Below are positions 1 to 8,560 of a stretch of DNA of 46,011 bases, in pieces (positions within the stretch are counted from its first letter, which is position 1; the number at the start of each line of letters is the position of its first letter). The notes beneath the pieces were generated by a model that saw only the letters and a list, made by a program, of their open reading frames with translations, was not told the DNA's origin and ran no database searches. This stretch comes from a virus. Made by a program: the position numbers and the translations under genes. Location of the stretch: positions 1 to 46,011 of the IMG/VR virus record IMGVR_UViG_3300011494_000001; one strand, 5' to 3'.

Positions 1-77
1 AGCGAGTTCATGCGCCTGCAGGAACGGGCCACGCAGCTTGAGGAGTGGCGGGCGACAGAGCTCGAAAAGCAGCGCGG
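1..77. repeat. Terminal 77-bp sequence identical to 45935..46011 (contig ends overlap; circular or circularly permuted genome, unit 45,934 bp)
   Basis: Read directly: agcgagttcatgcgcctgcagg...gaaaagcagcgcgg occurs at both window ends, 77/77 identical, inside one continuous reading frame. Confidence 0.95.
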
Positions 78-765
78 ATTCCTTGAGGCGAAGGCGATCA
101 ATGAAGAGCAGTACGCCGAGCGCATCCGCAACATCCAGGAGCAACACCAGCAGCAGGTCGAGCAGCTCGAGCAGGCGCGCTATCAGGTCTCGCTGTCCAG
201 CGCGACGGATCTGTTCGGCAACCTGGCCGATATCACCGCGCAGTTCGCCGGCGAGCAGTCCGGTATCTACAAGGCGATGTTCATCGCGCAGAAAGCTTTC
301 GCTATCGCGCAATCGATGATTGCCATTCAGCAGGGCATTGCCCTTGCTGCGGCTAACCCGTGGCCGCTGAACCTCGGCGCTATGGCGTCCGTGGCCGCGG
401 CTACGGCCGGCCTCGTCTCGAACATTGCCTCGGTTGGGCTCTCGTTCGATGGCGGCGGCTACACCGGTAACGGCCCTCGCAGCGGCGGCCTGGATGGAAA
501 GGGCGGATTCCTCGCGATGATGCACCCGCAGGAGACCGTCATCGACCACACCAAGCAGCGCGGAGGGTCTGGAAACGCATCAGATGGCGGCAACGTCGTC
601 GTAAACCTCGTCGAGGATAGCTCCAGAGCTGGACAGGTAGAGCAGACGACAGGGCCTGACGGGGAAAAGGTGCTGCAGCTCTGGGTGGCGAAGATCAGGG
701 CTGGCGGAACGCCAGAGGCGCTTGCGCTTGAGCAGGCATATGGACTGAAGAGGGCGGGCAGATGA
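1..765 (+). CDS. Tail tape measure protein, 3' portion (continues from 44387..46011 across the circular junction)
   Basis: Same codon phase as 44387 frame once the 77-bp overlap is collapsed (pos 10 = pos 45944). Ala/Gly-rich hydrophobic C-terminal region. TGA 763-765 overlaps next ATG (ATGA). Confidence 0.85.
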   Translation, partial: SEFMRLQERATQLEEWRATELEKQRGFLEAKAINEEQYAERIRNIQEQHQQQVEQLEQARYQVSLSSATDLFGNLADITAQFAGEQSGIYKAMFIAQKAFAIAQSMIAIQQGIALAAANPWPLNLGAMASVAAATAGLVSNIASVGLSFDGGGYTGNGPRSGGLDGKGGFLAMMHPQETVIDHTKQRGGSGNASDGGNVVVNLVEDSSRAGQVEQTTGPDGEKVLQLWVAKIRAGGTPEALALEQAYGLKRAGR

Positions 766-1226
766 TCGAGTACCCATCAGAACTGCCGTACCCCGACCTG
801 TCCGGCTACTCGCTCGAGCATGCGCCTAACCTAACGCGAACTCCGATGGTTAGTGGCCGCGCCAGGCAGCGCCGCAAATACACCAGCGTGCCGAGCTTCG
901 TGACTCTTTCCTGGGGGATGCCTCAGAAAGAGTTCGAGCTGTTCGAGGCCTGGTTCCGCTGGTCACTGAAGGACGGCGAGGAGTGGTTCACTGGCTGGGC
1001 TCAGACATCTGGGCCTGGCCGGCAGACGACGATGCGCTTCATGGGTTCAGATGGATCGCCTGCCTACACCGCGCGCCTCGATGGCCCCGATTACTGGCGC
1101 ATCAGCTGCAGGTTGGAGATCCGCGAGCGGCAAACGCTCAGTGATGGCTGGCAGCTTCTTCCTCAGTACGTCCTTGATCCTTCGATTCTCGACCTTGCAC
1201 TCAACAGGGAGTGGCCAGAGGCATGA
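762..1226 (+). CDS. Minor tail protein (lambda gpM position), 154 aa
   Basis: ATGA coupling to tape measure stop and to next gene. Position directly after TMP in a lambda-like tail-tip module. No family motif recognised. Confidence 0.6.
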   Translation: MIEYPSELPYPDLSGYSLEHAPNLTRTPMVSGRARQRRKYTSVPSFVTLSWGMPQKEFELFEAWFRWSLKDGEEWFTGWAQTSGPGRQTTMRFMGSDGSPAYTARLDGPDYWRISCRLEIRERQTLSDGWQLLPQYVLDPSILDLALNREWPEA

Positions 1227-1705
1227 CCATTCTCGAGCGAGTATATGCGTCGGGCGGCGACGTGATCATCCCGACTATCGAGTTGATCTGTGCCGCGTGG
1301 GCTGAACCGATCCTGATCTGCAACGGTTTTGAGAATCAGTCGGTGATCGACGAAGACGGCCGCGCGCTGACGTTCCTGGCAGCCGGCATCGATGTCGCGC
1401 TCCCCGAGAAATCGAACCGCGGCTCGCAGACGCTGACCTTCGCGATCGACAACGTGACCGGGGAGGCGCAGCAGCAGATCGACGCGGCGCTTGAGGCGCA
1501 GGAGCGCGTGACGCTGATGTACCGCACCTACCTGGCCAGCGATCTCTCTGCGCCGGCCGAACGCCCGCTACGTATGAGCGTGCTGGGTGGCTCGATCGTC
1601 GGCACGCAGATCCAGATTCAGGCCGGCTTTTTCGACCTCATCAACGTGGCCTGGCCGCGCGATCTCTACACCACCAAATTCGCCCCGGCGCTCAAATACC
1701 TATGA
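1223..1705 (+). CDS. Minor tail protein (gpL position; DUF1833-like by recollection), 160 aa
   Basis: ATG 1223 overlaps upstream TGA (ATGA); track ORF begins at upstream GTG 1211. Synteny TMP-M-L-K-J. Confidence 0.6.
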   Translation: MTILERVYASGGDVIIPTIELICAAWAEPILICNGFENQSVIDEDGRALTFLAAGIDVALPEKSNRGSQTLTFAIDNVTGEAQQQIDAALEAQERVTLMYRTYLASDLSAPAERPLRMSVLGGSIVGTQIQIQAGFFDLINVAWPRDLYTTKFAPALKYL

Positions 1706-2100
1706 CCTGGATCGACCACTACTTGCGCGCGACGTACCAGGACGGCGCACGCGGGCCGGATCGGTACGACTGCTGGGGACTGGTGCGCGAGGTGCGGCAC
1801 GTCATCTACGGGAAGCGCTTGCTGCCTTCATGGGGAGGCGTGCGCAACACGCAGCCGGCCGAATTCACCCGGGCCTACCGAGCTGAAGCGGCACTGATGG
1901 AGGAATGCGCGCCGGAGGTCGGGGCGATTGCCGCCTGCTTCCGCGGCTCGCTTTGCCTGCATGTTGCCGTTGTGGTTGACATCGGTGAGGGACTGCGAGT
2001 GCTGGAGATCCGCAACGCCAAAACAAGCGCCAGGCTGCTTCGCCTGACAGACTTCGAGCGCCACTACGCGCGCGTCATCTACTACCGGGACAAGTCATGA
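1702..2100 (+). CDS. NlpC/P60-type tail protein (lambda gpK-like), 132 aa
   Basis: N-terminal ...GPDRYDCWGLVREV... fits the NlpC/P60 catalytic Cys context, with a later His region. ATGA coupling on both sides. gpK position. Confidence 0.75.
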   Translation: MTWIDHYLRATYQDGARGPDRYDCWGLVREVRHVIYGKRLLPSWGGVRNTQPAEFTRAYRAEAALMEECAPEVGAIAACFRGSLCLHVAVVVDIGEGLRVLEIRNAKTSARLLRLTDFERHYARVIYYRDKS

Positions 2101-4775
2101 TCGAGATTTATCCGAGCAAGTTGCCCGGCGCGCCTATCGAAACACACCGCACCCTGCAGCGAATGACGGTCGAGTCATGGCTGCGCGCGAATGTGCCGAG
2201 CTATGAGCAGCGCGAGGCGCCGCCGATCAGCGTCGAGATCAACGGTGTTCTGATTTCACCGGATGCCTGGGTGACTGCTGAGTTCGGGCCTGATGATGTC
2301 GTAGCGATCCGCGTCGAGCCAAAAGGCGTTGAGTCGCTGATCGCGGTCGCAACCATCGTTGCCGCTGTCAGCGTGGTCACAGGGCTGTTCATGCCCAAGT
2401 TGCCTTCCACGCCGAAGAACAACACGACGCAGGGCGACAAGCTGGCCGAGGCAGCGGCCAAGGGCAACAAAATCCGCATCAACTCGCCTATCCGCGAGAT
2501 CGCGGGCCGGCGCAAGGTGTACCCGGACTACCTGACACCGCCGCACCGGTACTTCCAGGCCGGCAGCCCGAAGTCGCAGTGGGTCGAGATGCTGCTGTGC
2601 ATCGGCAAGGGCAAATACCAGATCAACGCCAGCGAGATCCTGGTCGGTGACACGCCTGTCATCTCGCTGGGCGCCGACGCCGAATACGCGATCTATCAGC
2701 CTGGCGCTAGCGTTGCGGCTGAGCGTGCGGCCGATTGGTGGCATACCGCGACCGAGGTTGGTTCAACCAGCAGCGGAACGGCAGGTCTCGAGCTGCGTGC
2801 GACCTATGCGGTTGATCCAGTATCTACTGCCTCGAGCTACATTTTCAGCGGCTACACCATCACCGTTCCCTCTGGCGCTGGCGCGTTCCCGGACGGCTGG
2901 GACGCCGGCATGATCGTGCGCATCGAGCAGTACCTGACGTATACGGTTGGTTCAGACGGCGGCTCTCTCGAGGGCAACCTGACCCAGCTCGAGCCGTTCG
3001 CTGGGATGGTCATCGAGTTGGCTGGCGATATCGCTGGCACATTCGTGATTGCCTCTGTAACCACGGCAGGGCCCTCCGACCCTACGCCTGTTTCGATCGC
3101 CCTGAACTACGAGAACGGCAGCCCCGTGGTTGGCCTGTCGCCGGGCTCTGCACGCCTGGCAATAGGCTACGACGGTATGCGCTACCGCCTGACTGCAGGA
3201 AGCGCAACCGCCATCAGCGTCGATCGGCTCACTGATACCGGGTCTACAGACACGGCATGGAGTGGATTCACTCCGGTGACCATGAGCGATGCAGAGCTGA
3301 CGCTCGACGCCAGCACGCAGGAGGGAGACTGGGCCGGCCCGTTTGCCGTATGCCCGGCAGGCGAGACGACGGATGAACTTGAGTTCGACTTCATGTTCCC
3401 GGGCGGCCTGATCCACATCGGATCGAAGGGGCAGCTGATCGATCGCTCTGTCACGGTTGAGATGCAGTACCGCGACACGGCCACCGCAGGTGCATGGACG
3501 ACCGTTCGGAAGGCCTACACTGCCAAGACGCTGGACCAGCTCGGCTACACCGAGAAAATATCGATTGGCTCTGCTATCAGGCCGGAGGCTCGCGTTCGGC
3601 GTATCGGTGCGAAATCGACAAACCCGAACATCCAGGACACAGTTCAGTGGTACGGCCTGCGGTCAAAGTTGCAGCCACCAACCAGCTATGAGGACGTCAC
3701 GACGCTGGCCATCCGCGTGCGCGGCGGTCATCGCCTGGCATCGCAGTCTGAGCAGCTGGTGTCGGTTGTAGCCACCCGCGTTCTGCCAGTGCGCAACGGT
3801 GGAGCGTGGGATGTCGAAACGCCAACCCGCGACATCGCGCCGTGGTTCGCCTACGTCGCGCATTCGATCGGCTACACGGACGACGATATTGATTTCGAGG
3901 AGCTGGACCGCCTTGATGCAATCTGGCGCGCGCGTGGGGACACGTTCGACGCTGCGATTGATAGCTCTGGCACGGTGAAGGAGTGGCTCAACGACGCGCT
4001 GATGGCTGGCTTCGCCGAGCTAACAGTCGACCGCGGACTGATCCGCCCCGTGCGCGACGAGCCTCGCACGACGTTCGAGCACATGTACACGCCGCAGAAC
4101 ATGACCGAGCAGCTGACGCGCCAGTTCGCGGCGTTCCAGCCTGATGATTTCGACGGCGTAGACGTGGAGTACAGGGACGGCATCACCTGGCAGAAAGAGA
4201 CTGTCGAGTGCCGGCTGCCTGGAGACCTTGGCCGGCGCGTCGAGAAGATCAAGGTCGAGGGGGTGACTGACGAGACGCGCGCCTGGCGCATCGGCATGCG
4301 GCGCAGGATGGAGCAGCTCTATCGCCGCTGGTCGTACTCGTTCAGTACAGAAATGGATGCGCTGAACTCGCGCTACCTGTCGTACTGCGCGCTGGCAGAT
4401 GACGTGCCAGGCTACGGCCAAAGCGCGCTGATGCTTAGCTACGACAGCGGGATCATCGAGTCATCCGAGCCGCTGGACTGGTCGTCGGGCGGCGCCCATG
4501 TGGTCGGCATTCGCCGGCCAGATGGCACGCTTTCCGGTCCATACGCCGCAACGCGGATCGATGACTATCGACTGTCCATCAGCGGCCTGGACTTCGAACC
4601 CGATACCTCGTGGAGCATCGAGCCGCCGCACTTGCTGTTTTGCCCGGTCAATCGCTGGAGCTATCCGGCGCTGATCACGTCTATCAGCCCTAGCGGAACT
4701 GATGGAGCATCGGTCGAGGCGGTCAACTACGACCCGCGCGTCTACACCTACGACAACGCAACGCCGCCAGCCTAA
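2097..4775 (+). CDS. Tail tip / host-specificity protein (gpJ-like, with gpI-like N-terminal region incl. a hydrophobic segment), 892 aa
   Basis: Largest tail ORF directly after the gpK-like gene. N-terminal ~100 aa resembles the small gpI-type domain followed by hydrophobic LIAVATIVAAVSVVTGLF. High GC3. Confidence 0.8.
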   Translation: MIEIYPSKLPGAPIETHRTLQRMTVESWLRANVPSYEQREAPPISVEINGVLISPDAWVTAEFGPDDVVAIRVEPKGVESLIAVATIVAAVSVVTGLFMPKLPSTPKNNTTQGDKLAEAAAKGNKIRINSPIREIAGRRKVYPDYLTPPHRYFQAGSPKSQWVEMLLCIGKGKYQINASEILVGDTPVISLGADAEYAIYQPGASVAAERAADWWHTATEVGSTSSGTAGLELRATYAVDPVSTASSYIFSGYTITVPSGAGAFPDGWDAGMIVRIEQYLTYTVGSDGGSLEGNLTQLEPFAGMVIELAGDIAGTFVIASVTTAGPSDPTPVSIALNYENGSPVVGLSPGSARLAIGYDGMRYRLTAGSATAISVDRLTDTGSTDTAWSGFTPVTMSDAELTLDASTQEGDWAGPFAVCPAGETTDELEFDFMFPGGLIHIGSKGQLIDRSVTVEMQYRDTATAGAWTTVRKAYTAKTLDQLGYTEKISIGSAIRPEARVRRIGAKSTNPNIQDTVQWYGLRSKLQPPTSYEDVTTLAIRVRGGHRLASQSEQLVSVVATRVLPVRNGGAWDVETPTRDIAPWFAYVAHSIGYTDDDIDFEELDRLDAIWRARGDTFDAAIDSSGTVKEWLNDALMAGFAELTVDRGLIRPVRDEPRTTFEHMYTPQNMTEQLTRQFAAFQPDDFDGVDVEYRDGITWQKETVECRLPGDLGRRVEKIKVEGVTDETRAWRIGMRRRMEQLYRRWSYSFSTEMDALNSRYLSYCALADDVPGYGQSALMLSYDSGIIESSEPLDWSSGGAHVVGIRRPDGTLSGPYAATRIDDYRLSISGLDFEPDTSWSIEPPHLLFCPVNRWSYPALITSISPSGTDGASVEAVNYDPRVYTYDNATPPA

Positions 4776-4848
4776 CAACTAGCCAACACCACATACCGGA
4801 CACGGCCCGCAAGGACGCCGTGCGGATTTGCACGCCTGGAGTAAACGC

Positions 4849-6930
4849 ATGACTTTCAATACCGGAAACCCTGTTGGCTCGACCGACGCGCGGGACCTGT
4901 ACGACAACGCGCAGAACTTGGACAAGTTCGCCAACGGCCCAGAGTTGGAATACGAGGATCGTCTTGGTGTGCCGCGCAAGAGCCTGGCTGGTATCAGGCA
5001 GCAGGTAACCGATGCGCTTTCACGTCTCGGCTATCAGATCAAGGGCGACTATGCGGCCGGTCTTCTGATCGAAAATTACGGCGAAGTCTTCCGCAAAGAC
5101 GGCGAGTTTTACCGGGCCAAGGCCGAGCTGACGCTGCCTTATCCACTGAATGGCGATTGGGCAGTCGATGCGCCAAAATTCTTTTCGGTTGGGGATGCGG
5201 TGCTGCGGCAGGAGCTGGCGAATGGCAAGAGTTTTTTGGTCGATAGCGCAGTGGTCGGGTTCAATGGTCGCAGCATTGAAGCCAAGCTTGGGGATTTCAA
5301 GATTTTTGCAGATTTCGGCGCCATTGGCGATGGTCTAAGTCATCCACTATCCGAACGCTTCGCAACGCTCGCAGAAGCACAGACAGTCTACCCATTCGTC
5401 ACTGCGCTTACGGAAGAAATAGACCGCTGCGCAATTCAGCTGGCAGTCAACCAGGCCGCAGACAATGCGACCCTTCTCGGAGGCTCACAGCGCTACAAGA
5501 TTGACGCCCCTGTAACACTTACTGATAAAGGCCCATTGCGAATTGTTGGCGGCGTCTACGACTGGCCCGCTACGTTCACCAACGTCTTTAAGCTAGTGGG
5601 TGAGTGCCATCAGCCAGAGTTCATGTTCTGCGTCTTCCTTGGCGATGGTGTGCCAAGAAGCACAATGGGGGCCATTGGCTGCTCTAGTGGCACAATCACC
5701 AACGACTTGAAAATCAGTTACTGCCGTTTCGACAAAGTACCATTTGGCGCATACATCAACGCCGATTTGTCGGGCATTCATTACAATCCAGAAGTCTCCG
5801 ATTGCACGTTCGTCGACCCTCCCCGGTATTTGGATGACACAAGCGGATCAGGTCTTGGACTGGTGTTTGCGGAAGGGGGTACAGGGCGGATCGTTAACGG
5901 TGTGTCACGAGGGAATACCTTCATCCGCACCGGCCGGCACGCGCTCTACATATCCAACGGCGGTAATGTGCGCTCGATTGGAGATCGCTTCCTTGGCCAC
6001 CGGGACGACGGTAGCCCCCTGATCCAAGAAGGCGGCGCTATTCAGATTTCACGGAACGCGAAAAACGTCACCGTTCTTTGCCCAGTATTTGAGGCATGCA
6101 AGGATACTTGCATCAGCATTACATCTGTGGTGACTGATGGATCTTTAACTTACCCAGAAAACATCAAGGTTTTTAATCCTATCTTCAAAGGCAACTTTGG
6201 AGCCTTGATGCGGTTGGGCAATGATTCACCTTCCGTAAATGGGGTACTTAGCTATGTTGATATCCGAGACATCGAGATTTGGAACCAAGGCGAGGCGGCA
6301 GGTGCTGCGATTTCTATCCTCTCGGGTACAAACATCAGCATTGACGGTGTGACGGTCAGAGAGTTTTCTGGGTCGAGCCAACTTAGTCAGATCATCAGAC
6401 TGTTCGGATACGGAACTGTTGCAGAAACAAACAAAATATCAATCAAGAATGTCAAAGGCACATTCCAGAATTCGTCTGGCTCTGCTGTGTATGTTGATAC
6501 TCGCGTTTGCACAGGTACGGCGCTAGTTGAACTGAACAACATAGACACCAGCGGGATTCCAATTAACTACCAGTCAGCAGTCACCAACACGAACATTCGT
6601 CAAGATTGCGCTCCGGGGCTAATACGTGACTTCCCACGGAGTAATACCGACCCAAACGGAGTATATGCCGCCGATCCGGGTACGTTGTTTGTGTCAAGAG
6701 CGGGCGCAAGCCGATCGGTTTGGATCAAAGAGGCATTGTTCGGAACTTCCGGTTGGTCGCTCCTGAAGACTCGATTGGTAGGCAAGAGCACCACCGCCAA
6801 CCGGCCGGCCCTCACTAGTAGTGCGTATGACATAGGCACTATGTATATGGACACTACGCTGAACGCCAACGGTAAGCCGATCTGGTGGAACGGGGCTGCG
6901 TGGGTTGATTCATCGGGCGCAGCTGTCTGA
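4849..6930 (+). CDS. Tailspike / tail fibre with right-handed beta-helix (pectate-lyase-like) domain; probable polysaccharide depolymerase, 693 aa
   Basis: GGAG 7 nt before ATG 4849 (track start 4828 is TTG). Motif FADFGAIGDG...IDRCAIQLAVNQA is typical of Pectate_lyase_3-type tailspikes. C-terminal ...GKPIWWNGAAWVDSSG motif. Lower GC by eye. Confidence 0.75.
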   Translation: MTFNTGNPVGSTDARDLYDNAQNLDKFANGPELEYEDRLGVPRKSLAGIRQQVTDALSRLGYQIKGDYAAGLLIENYGEVFRKDGEFYRAKAELTLPYPLNGDWAVDAPKFFSVGDAVLRQELANGKSFLVDSAVVGFNGRSIEAKLGDFKIFADFGAIGDGLSHPLSERFATLAEAQTVYPFVTALTEEIDRCAIQLAVNQAADNATLLGGSQRYKIDAPVTLTDKGPLRIVGGVYDWPATFTNVFKLVGECHQPEFMFCVFLGDGVPRSTMGAIGCSSGTITNDLKISYCRFDKVPFGAYINADLSGIHYNPEVSDCTFVDPPRYLDDTSGSGLGLVFAEGGTGRIVNGVSRGNTFIRTGRHALYISNGGNVRSIGDRFLGHRDDGSPLIQEGGAIQISRNAKNVTVLCPVFEACKDTCISITSVVTDGSLTYPENIKVFNPIFKGNFGALMRLGNDSPSVNGVLSYVDIRDIEIWNQGEAAGAAISILSGTNISIDGVTVREFSGSSQLSQIIRLFGYGTVAETNKISIKNVKGTFQNSSGSAVYVDTRVCTGTALVELNNIDTSGIPINYQSAVTNTNIRQDCAPGLIRDFPRSNTDPNGVYAADPGTLFVSRAGASRSVWIKEALFGTSGWSLLKTRLVGKSTTANRPALTSSAYDIGTMYMDTTLNANGKPIWWNGAAWVDSSGAAV

Positions 6931-6943
6931 GACAAAACATGAT

Positions 6944-6966
6944 CCCCGCCAGTCGGGGCTTTTTCT
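6944..6966 (+). terminator. Rho-independent terminator after tailspike
   Basis: CCCCG-ccagt-CGGGG followed by CTTTTTCT, 14 nt after the stop codon. Confidence 0.6.
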
Positions 6967-6980
6967 GCCTGGAGTTTCCC

Positions 6981-7454
6981 ATGACCCTCTCTGAAATCCG
7001 GGAGCGAGCCATAGCGCCCGCTCTCGCGCTGCTGCCTGCGCGGATGAATAGTCAGGCGGCAATCGTGGAAATGCTCGCCATAGGCCTGCAGGAATCCCGG
7101 TTCGAGCATCGCAAGCAGATCGGTGGGCCGGCCCGCGGCTGGTGGCAATTCGAGCAGGACGGCGGGGTGCGTGGTGTGCTGCGCCATTCTGCCAGCCGCG
7201 AACACGCCTTGGCTGTCTGCCGTGCGCGTAACGTCATCGCCACCGAAGGCGCCGTTTATGCCGCGCTAGAGCACGACGATGTCCTGGCTGCGGCGTTTGC
7301 CCGGCTGCTGCTATGGACCGATCCGAAACCGTTGCCTGCCATCGGCGACGAGCAGGGCGCCTGGGATCTGTACCTGCGCGTATGGCGCCCTGGTAAACCG
7401 CATCGGCACACATGGAACGCGCTGTATGCGCAAGCGATGGAGGAAGTCGCATGA
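6981..7454 (+). CDS. Endolysin (lysozyme-like / lytic transglycosylase-type), 157 aa
   Basis: GGAG at 6971 before ATG 6981. ...AIGLQESRFEHRKQIGGPARGWWQFE... resembles the SLT/lysozyme-like catalytic Glu context. Directly precedes the spanin pair. Confidence 0.7.
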   Translation: MTLSEIRERAIAPALALLPARMNSQAAIVEMLAIGLQESRFEHRKQIGGPARGWWQFEQDGGVRGVLRHSASREHALAVCRARNVIATEGAVYAALEHDDVLAAAFARLLLWTDPKPLPAIGDEQGAWDLYLRVWRPGKPHRHTWNALYAQAMEEVA

Positions 7455-7966
7455 CCGCCTGGCTGAAGCTCGTGCCTAGCTGGGCCTACTGGCTCCTTGC
7501 CCTGGCCGTTGTAGCCGGTGGGCAACAGATCAGGGTGCTATCGGCTCAGTCTGTAGCCTCGAAGGCACAGGCCGACCTTGCCACCTACCGCACCGAAGTC
7601 AGCGAGCGCGACCGCCGCGCTGCGCTATTCGTCATTCAAGAAAACCAGCGGCGCGAGGCCGCGACGGAGAAAGCAGATGCAGAGGCACAGGAACAATTGG
7701 CTGCCGCGCGTACTGATGCTGAGCGCGCTGGCAGTGCTCTTGAGCGCCTGCAGCAGCGCCTCGCCGCAGCTGAGCAACGCAGTCGTGACGCCGGCAATGC
7801 CATCACTGCCCAGCTCAGCCAGGCAGCCGAAAGCGCCGCCCGAGTGCGAGCCGACTTGCTCGGCAGGGTTGGAGAGGCTGCTGAACTCTATGCTGGAGTC
7901 GCCGACGAGCGAGGAATAGCTGGGTCTGCGTGTGAGAAAGCGTATGACGATGTGAAGGGGGATTAG
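7451..7966 (+). CDS. Rz: i-spanin (Rz-like), 171 aa
   Basis: ATG 7451 overlaps endolysin stop (ATGA). N-terminal TM (WAYWLLALAVVAGG) followed by a long charged coiled-coil-like region. Contains an embedded +1-frame lipoprotein ORF. Confidence 0.75.
   Translation: MTAWLKLVPSWAYWLLALAVVAGGQQIRVLSAQSVASKAQADLATYRTEVSERDRRAALFVIQENQRREAATEKADAEAQEQLAAARTDAERAGSALERLQQRLAAAEQRSRDAGNAITAQLSQAAESAARVRADLLGRVGEAAELYAGVADERGIAGSACEKAYDDVKGD
7677..7919 (+). CDS. Rz1: o-spanin (Rz1-like lipoprotein) fully embedded in the +1 frame of the i-spanin gene, 80 aa
   Basis: MQRHRNNWLPRVLMLSALAVLLSAC: signal peptide plus lipobox (LSAC), then a Pro-rich mature part. Classic embedded Rz/Rz1 architecture. Alternative start ATG 7716. 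Confidence 0.75.
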   Translation: MQRHRNNWLPRVLMLSALAVLLSACSSASPQLSNAVVTPAMPSLPSSARQPKAPPECEPTCSAGLERLLNSMLESPTSEE

Positions 7967-8328
7967 ATTTGCCCGGACGGGCGAGGACGGTAGACCGGGA
8001 CTCCGGCCTCCTGTGCTGCGGTGATCATGTCTTGCGTTCCGCGGCCGCCTGGGAAGGCGACCACGCCATCAGGTTTCAGCTCGAGCATCTGCCGGTTCCG
8101 GATCGGGCCGGCGCGCTTGCCGTACTTCTCCCATTCGGCCCGGCACCTGGTTGGCTCCTGCCCCATGTTGATTGCCCATTCTCGAGCAAATCGATCAGCT
8201 CCGGTCGGGCACTCGCCCTGTATCACCTCGCAGATTCCGCGGAGCGTGTGGATCTTGTCGAGCACCTGAAACACGAACGCCCGATCGGCGTAGTCGCGGC
8301 CTCCGCAGACGATGATTCGGACGGGCAT
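7963..8328 (-). CDS. SLOG-fold / DUF2493-like (YspA-related) protein, 121 aa; moron next to attP
   Basis: MPVRIIVCGGRDY...GADRFAREWA...VVAFPGGRGTQDMI pattern recalled for DUF2493/SLOG. GGAG before ATG. Convergent with the spanin gene, stop codons overlapping. Confidence 0.6.
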   Translation of the reverse strand: MPVRIIVCGGRDYADRAFVFQVLDKIHTLRGICEVIQGECPTGADRFAREWAINMGQEPTRCRAEWEKYGKRAGPIRNRQMLELKPDGVVAFPGGRGTQDMITAAQEAGVPVYRPRPSGQI

Positions 8329-8560
8329 CGTGAGCTCCGTTATGCGTTGCTGATCTGGGCCAAATCTTGGGGCAATTTTTGGGGCAGAGTACGTTTTTTC
8401 GTGGGCCAGTGAGGGCCTGCAGCCCAGTAAATACGTGAAGTTTACCCCGCCAAAACCCCCATTAGAACTGCATGGTGATGTTGGCGGTAGAAATCAAGAG
8501 GCTTTATCTCGCGGGTTTCAGAGGTGTGGGGCTACGCTTGTGGCACTTTTGGGGCAAACT
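8329..8560. other. Probable attP region with three direct T(C/T)TTGGGGCA(A/G) copies (8366-8375, 8378-8387, 8548-8557)
   Basis: Noncoding gap next to int. The repeated decamer is read directly, and the third copy lies within the int 3' end. Core crossover sequence not identifiable without the host site. Confidence 0.4.

Noticed and set aside
1-77. The end repeats as att sites, LTRs or cos-type terminal repeats.
   Set aside because: The repeat lies in the middle of the tape measure reading frame, which continues in phase across it. The exact 77-nt length points to an assembly overlap.
4801-4822. Hairpin CACGGC-ccgcaaggac-GCCGTG between the gpJ-like and tailspike genes as a terminator.
   Set aside because: It has a short stem, a 10-nt loop and no U tract. 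At most it is an mRNA-stability or processing element.
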